Shown one piece after another: positions 1-12,960 of a stretch of 64,000 nucleotides of DNA. Every line of letters begins with the position of its first letter. Position 1 is the stretch's first letter. The DNA is taken from the NCBI GenBank assembly GCA_036172245.1, contig JAYWIR010000014.1:2232001-2296000 (forward strand). Direction: 5' to 3'. This stretch comes from Raillietiella orientalis. Taxonomy: Eukaryota. Made by a program: the position numbers and the translations under genes. The notes under the pieces are model-generated. The model was not told the DNA's origin. It saw only the letters and a list, made by a program, of their open reading frames with translations, and did no database searches.

Positions 1-109
1 GAGGAACTGAGAGCCCACCCAAGACCGACGGGTGCAGATGCATCCTTGGAAAAGAAAAGCAGAGGAGGCGTTCTCTGGAGACAAGTCGACTGCCCTCTTC
101 CCTGCTTCG

Positions 110-1240
110 CTGTTTTCTCTAATTTCCTTTTGGCATTTTTTTTTCCTTTTAGGGTTTCCTTTTTTTTCCGAGTTTGCCAAGTGCTAAAGAATTGTCGCGC
201 GCCTGGTGGCTAACGGAGCTCTTCGACCCTGATCAGGCCACAGGAGGGTGCGTGTGACTCCTCAAGATAGGGGACGTCCAGGGAGGGGACCACCGCATGA
301 ATCCAGGGAGGGTTCCGGAGGAAGGAGTGTCTTTCTCTTATGGTTGGTAGAAGGGAGCCTCGAAGGGAACCCTCTCACTGGTTGTCTCCGAGGCATCCTC
401 TGGATAAAGTCGCTTTTCGTTTCTTCGGAGGAAACAAGAAAAGTATCCTATCCTGGAATTTCTTCTCCGGAGCGACTCCCCTTTTTGGGGAGGGAATCTC
501 TCCTTCTTTCCTCCTCTGAAGAGAATCCAGAAGGACCGCTTCCCAATTTCTTTGAAGGGCTGCTCCACTAAGGAAGCGGAGAGCTTCTGACACTCTGGAG
601 AGGTAACCAATCCCCTGAGGGGGTTTATCAACTAGTTGCATGGTACGGGGTGAAGGGTCTACCCAGAAAAAGGGGACAGCTCAATTTTCACCACCAGAGA
701 GGAGCCCTGAAGGGAACCTCTTTCTTATTCTCTCTAGAGGAGTCCCCTGGCTTATGAGGGCCGCTTCTCGAGTCTTCTCCGAAGGAGACATGGAAAGGAT
801 CCTCCGCTGGAATTTCTTCTCCGGAGGGCACCCCTGCAAGGGAATAGTTCCTTGTTACTCTGAAAAGATACTCCCAAACTTTCACTGAAGAACGCTCCCC
901 GAAGATAATCTGGAGAGGGCATCAAGCCGCCAGCTCCACGGTACGCGATGGAGGGAGGACGCCTCAAGTTTCGCAACCGGAGGGGAATCCCGAAGGAAAC
1001 CGGCTCTTGATGTTCCTGGAAGCACCCTGCAAAATCGAATTCCAATCCCGGCCAGTCGACGGGAGCATCCAGTTTCCACCGATGATGCACCAGAAACCAA
1101 CCGAGGGGCCAATCAGCGCCATCTTGCGGAGGGGAGACTCGAAACCCACGAGGCATCCCCATTCTCGAAGTCGATCCTCCACGTGGGGGTTGGAATTCGC
1201 GACTCTTGGTGTCACGAGGGTGAACCACGGCCACGAACTC
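110..1240 (-). repeat. Family A repeat, copy A1 (with internal ~300-350 bp tandem duplication)
   Basis: Shares GACACTCTGGAGAGG (589-603), CTGGAATTTCTTCTCCGGAG (453 and 807) and the tRNA-like head region (~1135-1235) with the copies at 10.3, 29.4, 31.7 and 49.8 kb. Confidence 0.9.
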
Positions 1241-2350
1241 GGGTTTCGATTGTCCTCTGTGGTTCCGCGAGGCTACAGCCTCTCCTGGATCTTCCACGAG
1301 GGAAAGAAGGGGATGCTGCGCGAAACGGTTTCATATCGTTGCCTCACTTACAGTGCATCATCCGATCATCTTCCCCTCATCACCCCGGATGCATTCCCCT
1401 CTGCATCGCGAAAGTGATCGCTCACTGAGCTCAGGGCTCGCTGGAAGCGACGAACCTGGAGCAGGCAGCCTGCCTGATTCCAAGCCGGAAGAACAGTTCT
1501 CTCCGGGAGGGATCGTCTGTTGCTAGGAAGCGCTCATGTGTGTCTGGACACGTGGCAACGCCGGAGCGCAACCCCTGCAGCCCGGCTTCATCTCGTTACG
1601 ATGAGCTGCGCGTTTCTAGCAGCGGCTCCTGGGGAATTCGAACCCGCAACTCTCGTCGAACCCGCCCGCTAATGAAATGGCCGACCCGTAGTTCCGAGGA
1701 AACTGACACTCGAGGAAACTGAGGACCGTTTCTGTGCGACTGCCTCATCTTGAGCTCGGGACTTTGATCTCCAGCGAAGAGGCGGTCGACATGCCCCTTC
1801 CCCCCCAACTCCCCCACCCTTCTCCCCGCATGGAGAAGACGTGACGCCATGAGTCTCCTCTGTTTGTCGAGCGCGCTGGAGACACGGCGGGCCACTGTGA
1901 ACTACCTCACCTCCTCGGACTCCGAACTGCAGCTCCGAACCCGTCGAGCACCGAGAGATTCGTGTCGAATAGGAGTGGTCGAGGGAAGCTTCTCGGCCGA
2001 GATGGTGTCCACGGCTGGTTTGCGTCTTGCATGATGACTGGAGGGAGGGAACAAACGGGTGATGGGTGGACGCCTCCCCCGCAGCGTAGCCGTCATCTTC
2101 ATCCTACTCTCCCCCATTCCTCTGTGAGAAGCTCCCGACTCTCGGGAAAGCAATTCGGGACCCGTGGCTCCGATGAGCCGCAGGCCCCTAATGGTCTCAC
2201 GACAAATGGTTCCCGTAGTCTCACGACTGGTGGACCGACCGATGCCTCCAGCGTGCACCGCGGAGGAAGCTGGGCGTGGGACGTCGCATCCCCTTTTCGA
2301 GGTACTCCTCCCCGTGCCGAGGAATTCCCGAATCCTTCAACCTCCTTGTG
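1240..2350 (-). mobile_element. Probable decayed LINE ORF1 region upstream of copy A1
   Basis: Minus-strand PQFPRVSVSSELRVGHFIS resembles a degenerate CxxCxxxGH knuckle. It has the same position relative to family A as at other copies, and there is an extra B-box-like fragment at ~1630-1665. Confidence 0.3.
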
Positions 2351-2379
2351 TTGCTTCGTGCTTACAAGAAAAACAGTCA

Positions 2380-3560
2380 TCTAAAATATAAAAAAGTCTT
2401 TTTCCTTCATAGTGGTTTCACATTACCACTACGGAGGAAAATGCATCGGAAGCGATGCTACTCTCGAGCAGCTCCCAGACAAGGTCCACACAGGAGAAGT
2501 AAGGGAAAGGGTAAACAAGAACAGAAAGAAAAACACAAATGTTCAGTTTAAGAAGGCCTGGAAGGGCAAGAGGGGAAGGGATCGCAGATTTCTCCCCGGC
2601 GTCCTCAGCATCCTCTGGAACATGTTGACAACTCCCTCCTTTTGTCGGCAGATATACAGCTATCTTGTCGCCTTCCTCCCGAAGAAGCAGATGATTGAGA
2701 GGGCTTCACCGTCCGAGTGGCCTCTTTTAGCGTGGCTTCTCGCCACCGCTGCACTCCCACTAAGGCAGCACAAATATGCAAGGGAACCTGCTGGCTACAT
2801 CGCGTCGCGCTCGAAGAGGCGCCACATGAGCTCTCTGCCGCTGTCCACCGGAAGTGGGAGGGTCAGCGTTCCCGAATGCTGAGGAGGGCAACGCAACCCA
2901 GCAGCAGACGCAGAAGCAGCGATCAAATGGGAGTCTTCGGCGTTGAATCTGTGATATTTCACACGCACGACCGACACTCATGAGCCAGAGAAGTTCACCT
3001 TCTGGAGAAGTCCCTCAAAACGTCGCTTTCGGTTGCGAGCGGTGTCGTCCATGTTTTCAAGACCGCCACAGTTGGAAACGAGACAGGAGACAAGGATAGG
3101 AAAACGATCACGAGCAGGTCGGCTGGCTGCAGAAAGAGTTGGGGGCTGGTCGCTTGCGCCATGGTGTGGCGAAGGACATCAGCCGAAGACGTGGCACTCT
3201 GGGGATCTGAAAGGCATTGGGATGCCTTTCTCCTCATAACGAGGCACTGGGATCTGCACAGGGCTTGAGAAGGATCTTTGGAATGCAAGGACTTGAGGGT
3301 CATCTAGAAAAGGGGAGGAACTCCCCACCCGATTCATCACTTTGGTATGAGAGCCTTGGATTTTCGAGTCCTTCTGTTTCCTCAGATGATGGCCGTGTCT
3401 CGGATATCATCTAGGAAAAACGCATCTCCCCTAATGCAAAAAGAACAAGGCTTTTCTCAGGTGCCCAGGAGGCTGGAAAATACCGGAACGGGCCGCGGTG
3501 TGGAAGATGTTCGTGGCCTCCTTCCTCTGCTCCCCGCTTTTTGTTTGTTCCTCACCGAGT
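2380..3560 (-). mobile_element. Decayed L1-like LINE 3' end (X-related)
   Basis: Minus-strand ECRSC...LLLGCVALLSIRER matches the X-family knuckle (CCRC...LLVDCVALRPLW). GTCCTCAGCATCCT (~2600) resembles the ORF2 end at ~40955. A pyrimidine-rich 3' UTR follows on the minus strand. Confidence 0.5.
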
Positions 3561-4159
3561 AACATAAAAGGCGGACGAGGAACCTCCTCAGAACTGCCCT
3601 CTGGGGTACAAGGAGGCCCCGAGTCCGCCTGAAGTACTTGTGCGCTCCGCGTCGCGACGGGAGCCTCCGTCTCCGGAAGCTGGAACGCCTGGAGTGGTAG
3701 CTCCAGTGGAGGACTCTTGCCCTCGTGGAGAATCTTTGGAGCACGAACTGTTGCGAATCCGCACGATACCTGGTCAATCGAGCCACCGACTACGCGGGAC
3801 TGTCTTCGTTCCTGGCGCGGCGGCAATTTGTCCAGCTGCGGACTGGAGATCCGGCGGATGGCCAAGCTGACCAGGACCAACAAATGCGTCTCCTGCAGGC
3901 CTGCGAACGGCAGTGCCTGGTTGTAGGAAACTGTTTGCACCTGGGCCAAGAACAACGAAGACACGGCAGTGACTGCTGCACTCCTTCTACAACAACCGCA
4001 CGCTGCAGGACGTCATTGTGCAGGCCACCACGTGTGCGTGGGTGCGAAGAACCTCCCTAGCCGCGGCACTGATCTCCCACAGGGGGCAATTGGGCAGTAA
4101 CCAGCCGGCCAAAGGGGAGGTCTGATGACAGTTTGGTGGAAGAGCAAAGTGGATTAGGT

Positions 4160-4979
4160 GGCTAGACCACGGGCCAGCTCAAGGACTCTGCGAACCCAAG
4201 TGCCCCACCGAAGGAACTATGGAACTGGGGTGAGTTGCTGGGAATCCTACAGGAAGACCTCGAGTGGCCCCCAGCGCTGAAGAAGACCGGACCGTCCCCC
4301 TGAAGTGGCAGGAGTCGGCACTTCTGCTGTTGCACTGGGACCACCCGTGCAACGCTGCCCGCCGGTCTCACTGGACCCGGGGGGCTGTGAATTCCAACTG
4401 CTGCAGGTGCGGGGAACGGGAATCCCCACCCTCATCTTCTTGTAGACTTGTGTTGCCCTTCGGCCCCTGTGGTTGCGTTTCGCAACCGTCCTTGGTGCAC
4501 CGACGGACAATCCCAGGGACGTGATGAGGCCCCTTTTCGTGCGCGACGCCCTTTCGCCTGCCGCATCCCTAGCAGCTCTTTTCTGCCTACGTGGGATTGC
4601 GGCGGCCTGGAGCTACGCGAGAGGAGGACGGCGTGATAGGGACGCCACCTGCTTCGCCCTGCGCTTCCTGTGGACGGCAACAAGATGGTCCCACCTGGGG
4701 CATACTCGGATGGAGCTTGCCGGCATCCTGGAAAGGATGCAGAGGACGCCCTCCAGATTCCAGTGATCCCTTCTCTAGCCCTCCCAATTTTTTGCATACA
4801 TTTTCTTGTTTTATTTTTCTTTTTGTTTGCTCCTCCTCCTCCGCTGCCGAGGCGAACCTCGCCGGCCTACGTGCCGGTTACTCGGCAGTTTCCGAGCATT
4901 TTCGGACAATGTAGGGTCTATGGCCCTCCACATGTATGTTTATCATTTTTTATAATAAAAGTCCTGACGTGACTGGGTG
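4160..4979 (+). mobile_element. L1/Tx1-like LINE 3' end, family X copy X1 (frameshifted zf-RVT plus 3' UTR)
   Basis: Translation across two frameshifts gives VPLKWQESALLLLH-DHPCNAARRSHW...NCCRCGERES/HLLVD/CVALRPLW, the C-terminal zinc knuckle of non-LTR ORF2. Stop at 4766, then a T-rich UTR and AATAAA at ~4954. A near-identical inverted copy is at 40723-41459. Confidence 0.8.
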
Positions 4980-6799
4980 GTTAACCATCATCACACCACG
5001 CCAACGTCGCAGTGCACACGTCGTTCTTACGCGTCCAGATACATCCACCAGGCTCCTTTGTACAGCAAAGCACATTTGCTCGGTGAAATCTCTGGATGCT
5101 TGCCAGAGGTTTCTACTTGCGTCTCCTTCTCAGCTTATACAGTTCTCGTCCATCCCATAATCGAGTTCAGTTACAAACTTGCTCGAAAGTTCTCCATCCA
5201 GCACACGACTCATTATTTTCGTTATCTGACAAAGCAGCAGAATGTAGACAGCTTGCTTATATGGTTAAAGCAGAAGATCCCAGCAACCATTCCTGCTTTA
5301 AGTACGTTTTATTCTTTCCAGTATTCCGTTATTGGGTTGAAACCCTGAATCCTTAGAATGGGCACTCCTACGAAAAACGGCTTCCTTCACTTGTTAGCAT
5401 TCTCTAAGCCATTCGTGTTCTTAATCTCACGAATACACTGTCTAAGAATTGAGTGATCCTGATCATACAAACCAGTGGCTGCAATGATTACGGGCAAAGG
5501 AAACGTCCCTACTTGCAGTATGGACGGTTATCTAGAAGCGAGGCATCAAAAATTCGAGTCAGCCAAGAGATATCGAAAGTGTAGGTCCAAACTAAACAAA
5601 ATGCTTTGGCGCTTTGCCTTAATCACATCCATAAAGTAGCGGCAAAAATTCCTTTCTCTGCTCATCCAGAAAGTCAAAGTTACTCGGTTTCCAGAGAGTG
5701 TACCAGTGAGATTAAGGGCACAAATGGCTTAAAAGCAGATGCTACCAAGGAAGGGAATTTTTCCTTTTGGTAGTATACATTCCGGTAATTTCACATGCAC
5801 ATGGCACGATGGAAAAGTGGACTGGACCAAAGGTTTGTATATTGGGAAAACTCCTATTCAAGGAAAAAAACCTTGTGTCCAACGTCTTATTAAAACCCAT
5901 TTCCATGAATATGTAAAAATGTGAATGGATTATATGCAGTGATAATGTAATGTCGCACCTGATGATGTATTTTGCTGTATTTGTAAAATACTGTGGAAAA
6001 ATGGAACCATCATAAACCTGTTACAATGCCATATAATGCCATTTGAAAATTACATACACATATCCGCTTTGCCCCTGTTTACACCGGTGCAGTGGAATGT
6101 CCTCAAGTAAACATTAAATTATTAATGAGAGACGGAAACAGATGTAATGGTCTTCATTGTCTTTTACGATTCCGTTTCTTGGTCCGAATTTACGTTTGAC
6201 TAGCTCAAAATGGTATCTTTTGCACTTTCCGAATGTTTTTGCGAAGTTGCCATGGAGACTGTCGGAATTCTTCAAAATGCTTCGAACTGATGTGTGTGTC
6301 TCAATCAAGCGACGAAATGACAGCTAATGTTTGTTTCTGAAAGACTCACTGGTCTAATACTCATTTCATCAATGAGCGCGTTAGAGACTCTGGGCCGTTT
6401 CTATTTACTGATATTTAATATGAACGTAATCGTTAATGATCAATATTTCTTATCATAGATATAAAGGAAGTGTCATCTACGCAATAATAGATGCACAATA
6501 GCCAGATACCCGAATGGGGAGGGATAGAAACCAATCACACAAAAAAAAAAAAACCAGTGCAAAAAAATACTTCGATTACTTATGAAATGTTAGCAAGTAG
6601 TGCTTGGAAGAAAACGAATTATCTCGATTAGAAACAGATCAAGAAAAAGAAAGCTACCTGCTTCTGCAATTCTTCAGTTCCTTGTTTGCTGACATTGAGT
6701 AACGAAATGGAAATTGGAACAATTCAGCTAGGACGCAATTAATTTTTGTCTCATGAATTCACAATTTCCTAACTGCTCACTTCAATCAAAACTCAACTT

Positions 6800-8260
6800 T
6801 GGAATCATTTCTTTCGCACATATACATAGAGGTAGGCTGTTGAGGTAGGCTCTGCGTGTTCGAGCCTTAGGTTCATTCGATTCGACTTTCTCAAAAGATG
6901 TTTTGCTGCAGCATCATAAAAACCACCACGAGACATCTATTGCGACAAAATTCATCCGGAAGTCTTGCATTGGATAGGGAATTTTCTTGTATCAGATATG
7001 CTCCGAGAACTACCACCGAGCTTGGTTAAGATGCATCATGTCAACACTTTCGGTAACACATGATGATGCGTGGAAATTATTGGAGCCTTGCGGCGACTTC
7101 CAGCCGAAAACCACTCAAGTGGAACCCAGTGACACCATCCATAGAAGAAATTCAAGTCTTTGGAGGAAAGTGCTGTATCTTAACACGTGCGGGGTGGTTT
7201 ATTGACATCGTGACTGAAAGACTTGGGAAACCCATGGGAGCTTCAGCGTTTCTCAATATCACACGAGAACAAAAGTGATTCCTCCCAAAGAACAGTATTT
7301 GTGACACGTGCTTCACCTGATCCCTGTTCATCGTTAGGGAATTTTGATAGAATGAACTTTAACCTAATAAATGATTTTTACCTTAACATCACAGCAAGCA
7401 TACTGATTCTCCTAATACATGGAACGAAATCCTTCTGGTACCCGCTTACTCTTAAAACCACCTAATTCGAGTGAATTAACAAAAGAGTTCTTATGATGCA
7501 AGAATATTCATCTTCATTGTCTTGGTGAGATACTCCTAACATTAGATTTACTTTAACACAGTTTCTTGGGCAGTGCAAGCATTTCGAAAAGTGCCTCTCA
7601 TACGCTGCAATTTCTGTTTACCGAGTTCTTGGAAATTTTGACGGTTCCAATTTTTCACCAAGAAACTGATCCCACATTGAAAAACTGCCTTCACATCACG
7701 GATATAGTGGAAATATCCTATTCTCCATGCAGCAGCTTCCCATTTCCACTTGATATGTGCACCTCAGCTTTCAAATTTACTTAAATAGTCAGGGTCGCAT
7801 TTGTTTCTGGGATGTTTGGACCGCAACATTGGAATTGCTTTACCCGAGGTACCCTTTGGAAGCTTCGTCTCTCTGCGCATGCCTACGAGCTCGTCTTTCT
7901 GTCATTTCTATTAAGTCAGCGAGCGACACGTGACAGAGCCACCTTCCTCTCTGCCGTGGAATGGGCTGACGAGAGAAAATCCCGCGTCCGCGAATCGAAA
8001 ATGGTCTCTTCGAGCAGATGGTGTGTTAGACGGGCTCTAGGACAACCTCCGACCGTGTCTTGGTACCCGCGCTTAGAAACGAATGCTTTTTCTATCACTC
8101 GGAGCAGACAATCAAAGGAAAAACGAAGTACTGTGCGCTTTGCTGTATCCGCCGTCCCTACATGGAACCTTTTCCTGGTCCCGAACTGGAAGTTCATTCA
8201 GGCGATCGAGACACAATGAATCATGAACCTACTTGGGCTCTCATGAGCCAGTGAAGCGTT
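6800..8260 (+). mobile_element. Decayed Ty1/Copia pol relic (integrase, SH3-like region, start of RT)
   Basis: Motif remnants in Copia order: LRFIRFD (IRSD), HHKNHHETS, YWSLAATS, PSIEEIQVFGGKCCIL...RLGK (P.ISHLRVFGCKC.IL...LGK), then RVLVPA..FFY and WKFIQAIET. Many stops and frameshifts. Confidence 0.5.
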
Positions 8261-8262
8261 CC

Positions 8263-8388
8263 ATTGTTGAGTGCCGTCATCAGCTGTTGGAATATCAATC
8301 CGATTGTTGAGTGCCGTCATCAGCTGTTGGAATATCAATCCGATTGTTGAGTGACTTCACCAGTTGTTGAAATATCAATCCTATTGTT
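8263..8388. repeat. 40-bp tandem repeat, 3 copies plus a partial
   Basis: ATTGTTGAGTGCCGTCATCAGCTGTTGGAATATCAATCCG at 8263 and 8303 (identical), a diverged copy at 8343 and a partial at 8383. No spacers. Confidence 0.95.
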
Positions 8389-8749
8389 ACTTTTCTCTTT
8401 GACTGTTCCCACAACCTCCTATCGGATCGCACGGTATCGAAATAACCACGAAACGTCACGAACGGCTTTGCAATAAGGTTAGAGGATCCTGCGATGTATG
8501 GATGTTCGTCCTTTTGCATTTTAATGCTTCCCTTATGGGGAGCGTTTCCTTTCGTTACGAACTCGAACGAATGTTACGATAACTTTCAACAGCACTGGAA
8601 TGCTCTCGCTAATGGGAAGAAAATCCTGATGTGCTTCAGCGAAGGGCATAATTATTCCATGACAGCACTGCGATGAATAGTTCTGGGAGCGAATCGAAAA
8701 TTCAATCTGGAATTACCGTATATTGAGACGCAGTGCTTAGTCAGCACCG

Positions 8750-11700
8750 CTTTCGGGCATTTGTCAGCTTTAATTTAGGCTTACGGAGTGGCAGCAGTTC
8801 GGGAATTCGAATTCACGCGATACCCACGAGCCAGCGTACATCTGAGAGTAATGAATTCCCGAGCACGCCACCAATTCATGCTGGCTGCAAGAAGCTAAGA
8901 AGGATTTTTTCTGAGGATTTTTCCAACGAGCTTAGCTTATCAGCAGCTGGACACCGCTTGAAGAATGAATGCATTACTGCTGATCTGGAGCAGCGGGATC
9001 GCGGATCCAAAAATGATGTTCGGGTTACTTCGCGATTCTTCAAGTGAGGGTACCCAGAATGGTGCAGAGAAATCCATCTCCGTTCGGATCTTGAAACCCT
9101 ATCCGGAGCGCTCCCATAAAAAGGCTTCATTCATATCCACTCCTGACTTCAGATTTCTTCATGGCCAGAAGCACCTTCGAGCGCTTCTAGCCTCGAAGGT
9201 CGAGTTCAGCTTCGTAGGTGTCCTGAAGAAGGGAGTGGGCAGCCGAGCTGCAGCGACAGCGATGCCTCCTCTGTTGGTGGTGACGAGTGCATGCATCCTT
9301 CAGAGTTCTCTACCAGGTAACCACCGAAACGCTGACCAGAGGGCGGGTTAAAGAAAGTTCCCAGGGATCGAGCGTTTCGATGGGACTGAACAGTGCGGCA
9401 GACTCGAGAGCAGCCGCACCCCGACCGCGGCGCCGCCGGCGTTCCGGCCAGGTTTACTCCCGCGTTGCTTTTCGGCATCCACGCAGTGCGCCATGGCGAC
9501 CAGGCGGAGCCTGCATCGGTCTCCTCCGTCATTCCGCATTGCTTCCCAGGATCCTGCTGCCTCTTCCGGTCGGTTCCCTGGAGCGCACGGGCGACGGCAT
9601 GCGAGCTTCGAGCTGAACCGCGCTGAAGTTCGCGCTGCGCAATCCTCCGGTTCCTCGGAAGTTCAGAGCTCGCTTCACCGCCTGCGGCGCCCCGCACCTC
9701 CGCGGCGAAGACTTGGGAACCAGACAAGAGAGAATCCATCCTTCGAGTCCCAGGTTCCCTCCAGCGACTAAAGCACTTGGCGTGCTCCAGAGAAGCGTCC
9801 AAGTCGTTCCAACACCGCCTCGGCCGGTCGGTCCACGGATTCCTGCTCCAGCTGGAGGGACGCCCAGCCGCTCGAGGGACGAAGAAGCCAAAGTGCTTCC
9901 AAGCGGATGAGGTCCTTCAGACCCAACTCGGGAGATGGATTTCAGACCTAGAGGCAGCAGGACTTCAGAAAGATAGGAAGAACAGGTTTACAAATCTCTT
10001 CTTTTCCTTCGTGGGTCTTACAAAGATTCATCACCAGCGATGGAATCTACGCCCCTTCTCTTCCTTTTCTCCCTTCAAGGGGATTCGGAGCAAACGTGGC
10101 CGGCATCCCGCAAGGCGTGACGGGGGTAACAGGAGGATAGCCGAGTGACTCGGAAGCTTTCCTGAAGTCCATCGAGCACACTGAACGTGCATCCCTGAGA
10201 GCGATCGCACCTGCGATGCTCGTGAGTCCCTCGAGATGAAGGATCCAAGAAGCATCCTGGAGAACGACGGAAATCCTTCCGGATTCGCGGGTCGCTGTTT
10301 TCCCTCCAGATTTTCCTTCTTTCGGGTTTTCTTTCTTTTCTTTGGTCCTCAAGGGATGCTCAAAACCATCCGCCTCCGTAGGGGTGACTTACGAAGCTTT
10401 TTGACGCTGCCCATGCCACCTGAGGGCGCATGTGACTCTTCGAGTTATGGGGGGTGACTCAGAGGGACCACTGTGAGAATCCAGGAAGGGATCCGGGAAA
10501 AGGATTCTTCGTTCCTCATGATCCTTGTTTCTTCTCCGAAAGAGACATGGAAAGGATCTGCTCCTGGAATTTCTTCTACGGAAGGATCTCCCGGAAAGCA
10601 TCCGCTCCTTGTTACCATAAAGGGACGCTCTCAAATGTCCTCCGAAGGGCGCTCCCTGAAGGGAGCAGCGCATGTTTTGACACTCTGGAGAGGCATCAAT
10701 CCGCCATCTCCATGGTACTAAATGATGGGACCCCCCGAGGGAAAGGACGGCTCCAGTTTCTCAATTGGAGGAAAGTCCCGAAGGGAACCGGCTCCTTGAT
10801 ATCTTGGGAGGACCCTAGAGGATCAGTTTTCAATCCCGGACAGTCGACAAGGACACCTTGGGTTTCCGGCTTCTTGCACCAGTGTCGCCAACCCGAACAC
10901 GCCAATCAGTTGCGTCGTGCAGGACTAGAAACTCCACAAGACGCAATTCCGGTTCTCGGCCGTCGATCCTCCACGTGGGGATTCGAACCCGCAACGCTTG
11001 GCAACACGCACGGAGGCCGCAGCCTCACAGCCGCCAATGCGGCTGACCACCTGCCCCTGCTCTTACTGCGAAGGGAACCGGAGAATCGACCGTTGCGAGC
11101 GTCCCCGCGCCCTTGGTGACGCAAGTCGGCGGTGCGTGGCGCGCGCGTTCACACCCTTCACCAATGATTTTCGACGTCCTCCTTGCCACTTGCTCTTGCG
11201 TGTCAGAATTGCCTCAAGACACTCATCGGTGGGGCGTCGGTTCGGGAATCATTCCAAGAAGGAAGGCTCGTCACGGAGACCGGCAGAGTTCCCGGATCGC
11301 AGCAGGCCGCGATCCAGACGTCTTGAATGCGAGGGAGGACTCGCTAGCGTGGAGATACCGAGCTTGCCTCCAGAGTCGGAGGCGGTCTGAGGCGCCCAGA
11401 CACGAGAAGACCTCCTGTTCTTTGGGGGAGTTGGACAGGGGGAGGTTCGAGGGAGTACCTACAGATTTGCGACTTCCCGGGGGCTTAGTGTCACGAAGCA
11501 CCACTTCTGTCACTGTTGGTCCCTCTTCCGGGTCTCGAGCCTCCTGAGTCCGTTCCTTCCCCTTCGACTATCTGAGTCGCTCCCGGGCCGCATGCGCTGA
11601 GCTTGCCGCCCCAGCCAGGCTCTCTCTGCCGAAGTCTTTCCTAGCGGGCAGAGGAGAAGAACGAGATCAGGGATGCCAGGGACGGCAGCGTGTCGGACCC

Positions 11701-12960
11701 GGACAACAGTCCTCCGCAGCTGCTGCGGCGCGCGCCATCGCGGATCGAGTTGCGAGGGTGGCGCTAGGAGTCGCCATCGATCGCTTCGGGAAGATCAGCG
11801 TCCCGGAGCTGCCCTCCCTGCCTTACCGAAATCGGACGGGCCAAGTGCTGCGCCACCGTCCCACAATGGGTGTTCCTCGTGGTGCCGGCCCTCTGCTGCC
11901 GCTCCCCGAGGGCCGTGGGCAGTAAACGCTCGGCCATCGAGCGACAGCATTCCGAAGAGGCGTGGTTCTTCCTCGGACCGCCAGGAGAGGCGGAGGCTGC
12001 CGTGATCTTCCTCTCGGGGACCTGGAACTCATCAAGCCATCCGAGAGATCAAGAAAAATCCTTCCCAGGGAGGATTACGAAGTTCCTTTCGGGATCAGGC
12101 AGGAGTCGCAGACGGATCCTCCAGTGCATCCCTCCCTCAAAGAAATTCCGGATGAACGGCAGCCGAGAGGCGACGGACTCTGCGCCACTGGTCCCGGAAA
12201 GGCTCTGGAGGAGGTGAGGGGTCAGGCGAACGGGCGTCCTCGGGACACAGGGCGGTTTCGAGAAAACCGCAGACGCTGGGATGGCCCCTCATGCGCGGTG
12301 GGCGTATATCGGTAGGCGGTCGGTCCGGAGATCCGGAACGAGTCGGGACGAGGACTCCTGCCATCGGGCATCGCCCTAGTTGGCGCGAGTGACCCCCCAG
12401 AGGACGAGGCGCGCAGGGTGCGAGTGCGTGGGAAGCCGCGGCTGCAGCCACGGCCAAGGTTTCCAGGTGGAATCGATCCCGAATGTGAGGGAAAGGATGG
12501 AGCGGAAGGGGGAAGGAGGAGAAGGAGGAAGAATTTTCCGATCTTCCCGATCCTCCTGTATCAGGCGGGATCGGGAAAAGAAGACGGCGGCAGGGAGCAG
12601 TGGGAATGCGTCGGGAGACCAGAAAGAAGTTCCCTGATTTTCCTTTTTCCTCCTTTCCCTTCCGAAGAGGGACTTTGAACCGGTGGGCAGACAGCTCAAG
12701 GGAGCGCCGGTGTGTAGCTCCTCTGCCGGGGGAGATCAATCTCGCCATCCCACAATCCATCAGCATAATCATCTCCAGTCGCGGGAGCGAAGCGGGCGAC
12801 CGGTCAGCGATGTCTGTCGCTCGCCTCGCCCGCCTCCGCCGGAATGCGTCGTCGTCACGCACGCACATGCAAGGAAGGGGAGAAAAAGGAGACAGGGAGA
12901 AGAGAGGGGGGGAGGGAATAGGGAGGAGGAGGGGGACAAAGGGAATTCCGGTCCGGGAAA
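8750..12960 (-). mobile_element. Decayed LINE 5' half: CT-rich leader, ORF1 relic, family A segment, endonuclease relic
   Basis: Minus strand: CT-rich leader ~12860-12960; WEGFFLIS (DUF4283-like GFFLI) ~12075; copy A2; FSRWREPGTRRMDSLL (FTW...SRLDR) ~9750; RSERRWI (RSR..W linker) ~9085. Confidence 0.5.
10290..11044 (-). repeat. Family A repeat, copy A2
   Basis: GACACTCTGGAGAGG at 10679-10693. The minus strand reads GCGGGTTCGAATCCCC (B-box consensus) at ~10977-10992. Colinear with the other copies. Confidence 0.9.

Noticed and set aside
8263..8388. CRISPR array
   Set aside because: The units are contiguous with no unique spacers, there are no cas genes, and the context is eukaryotic.
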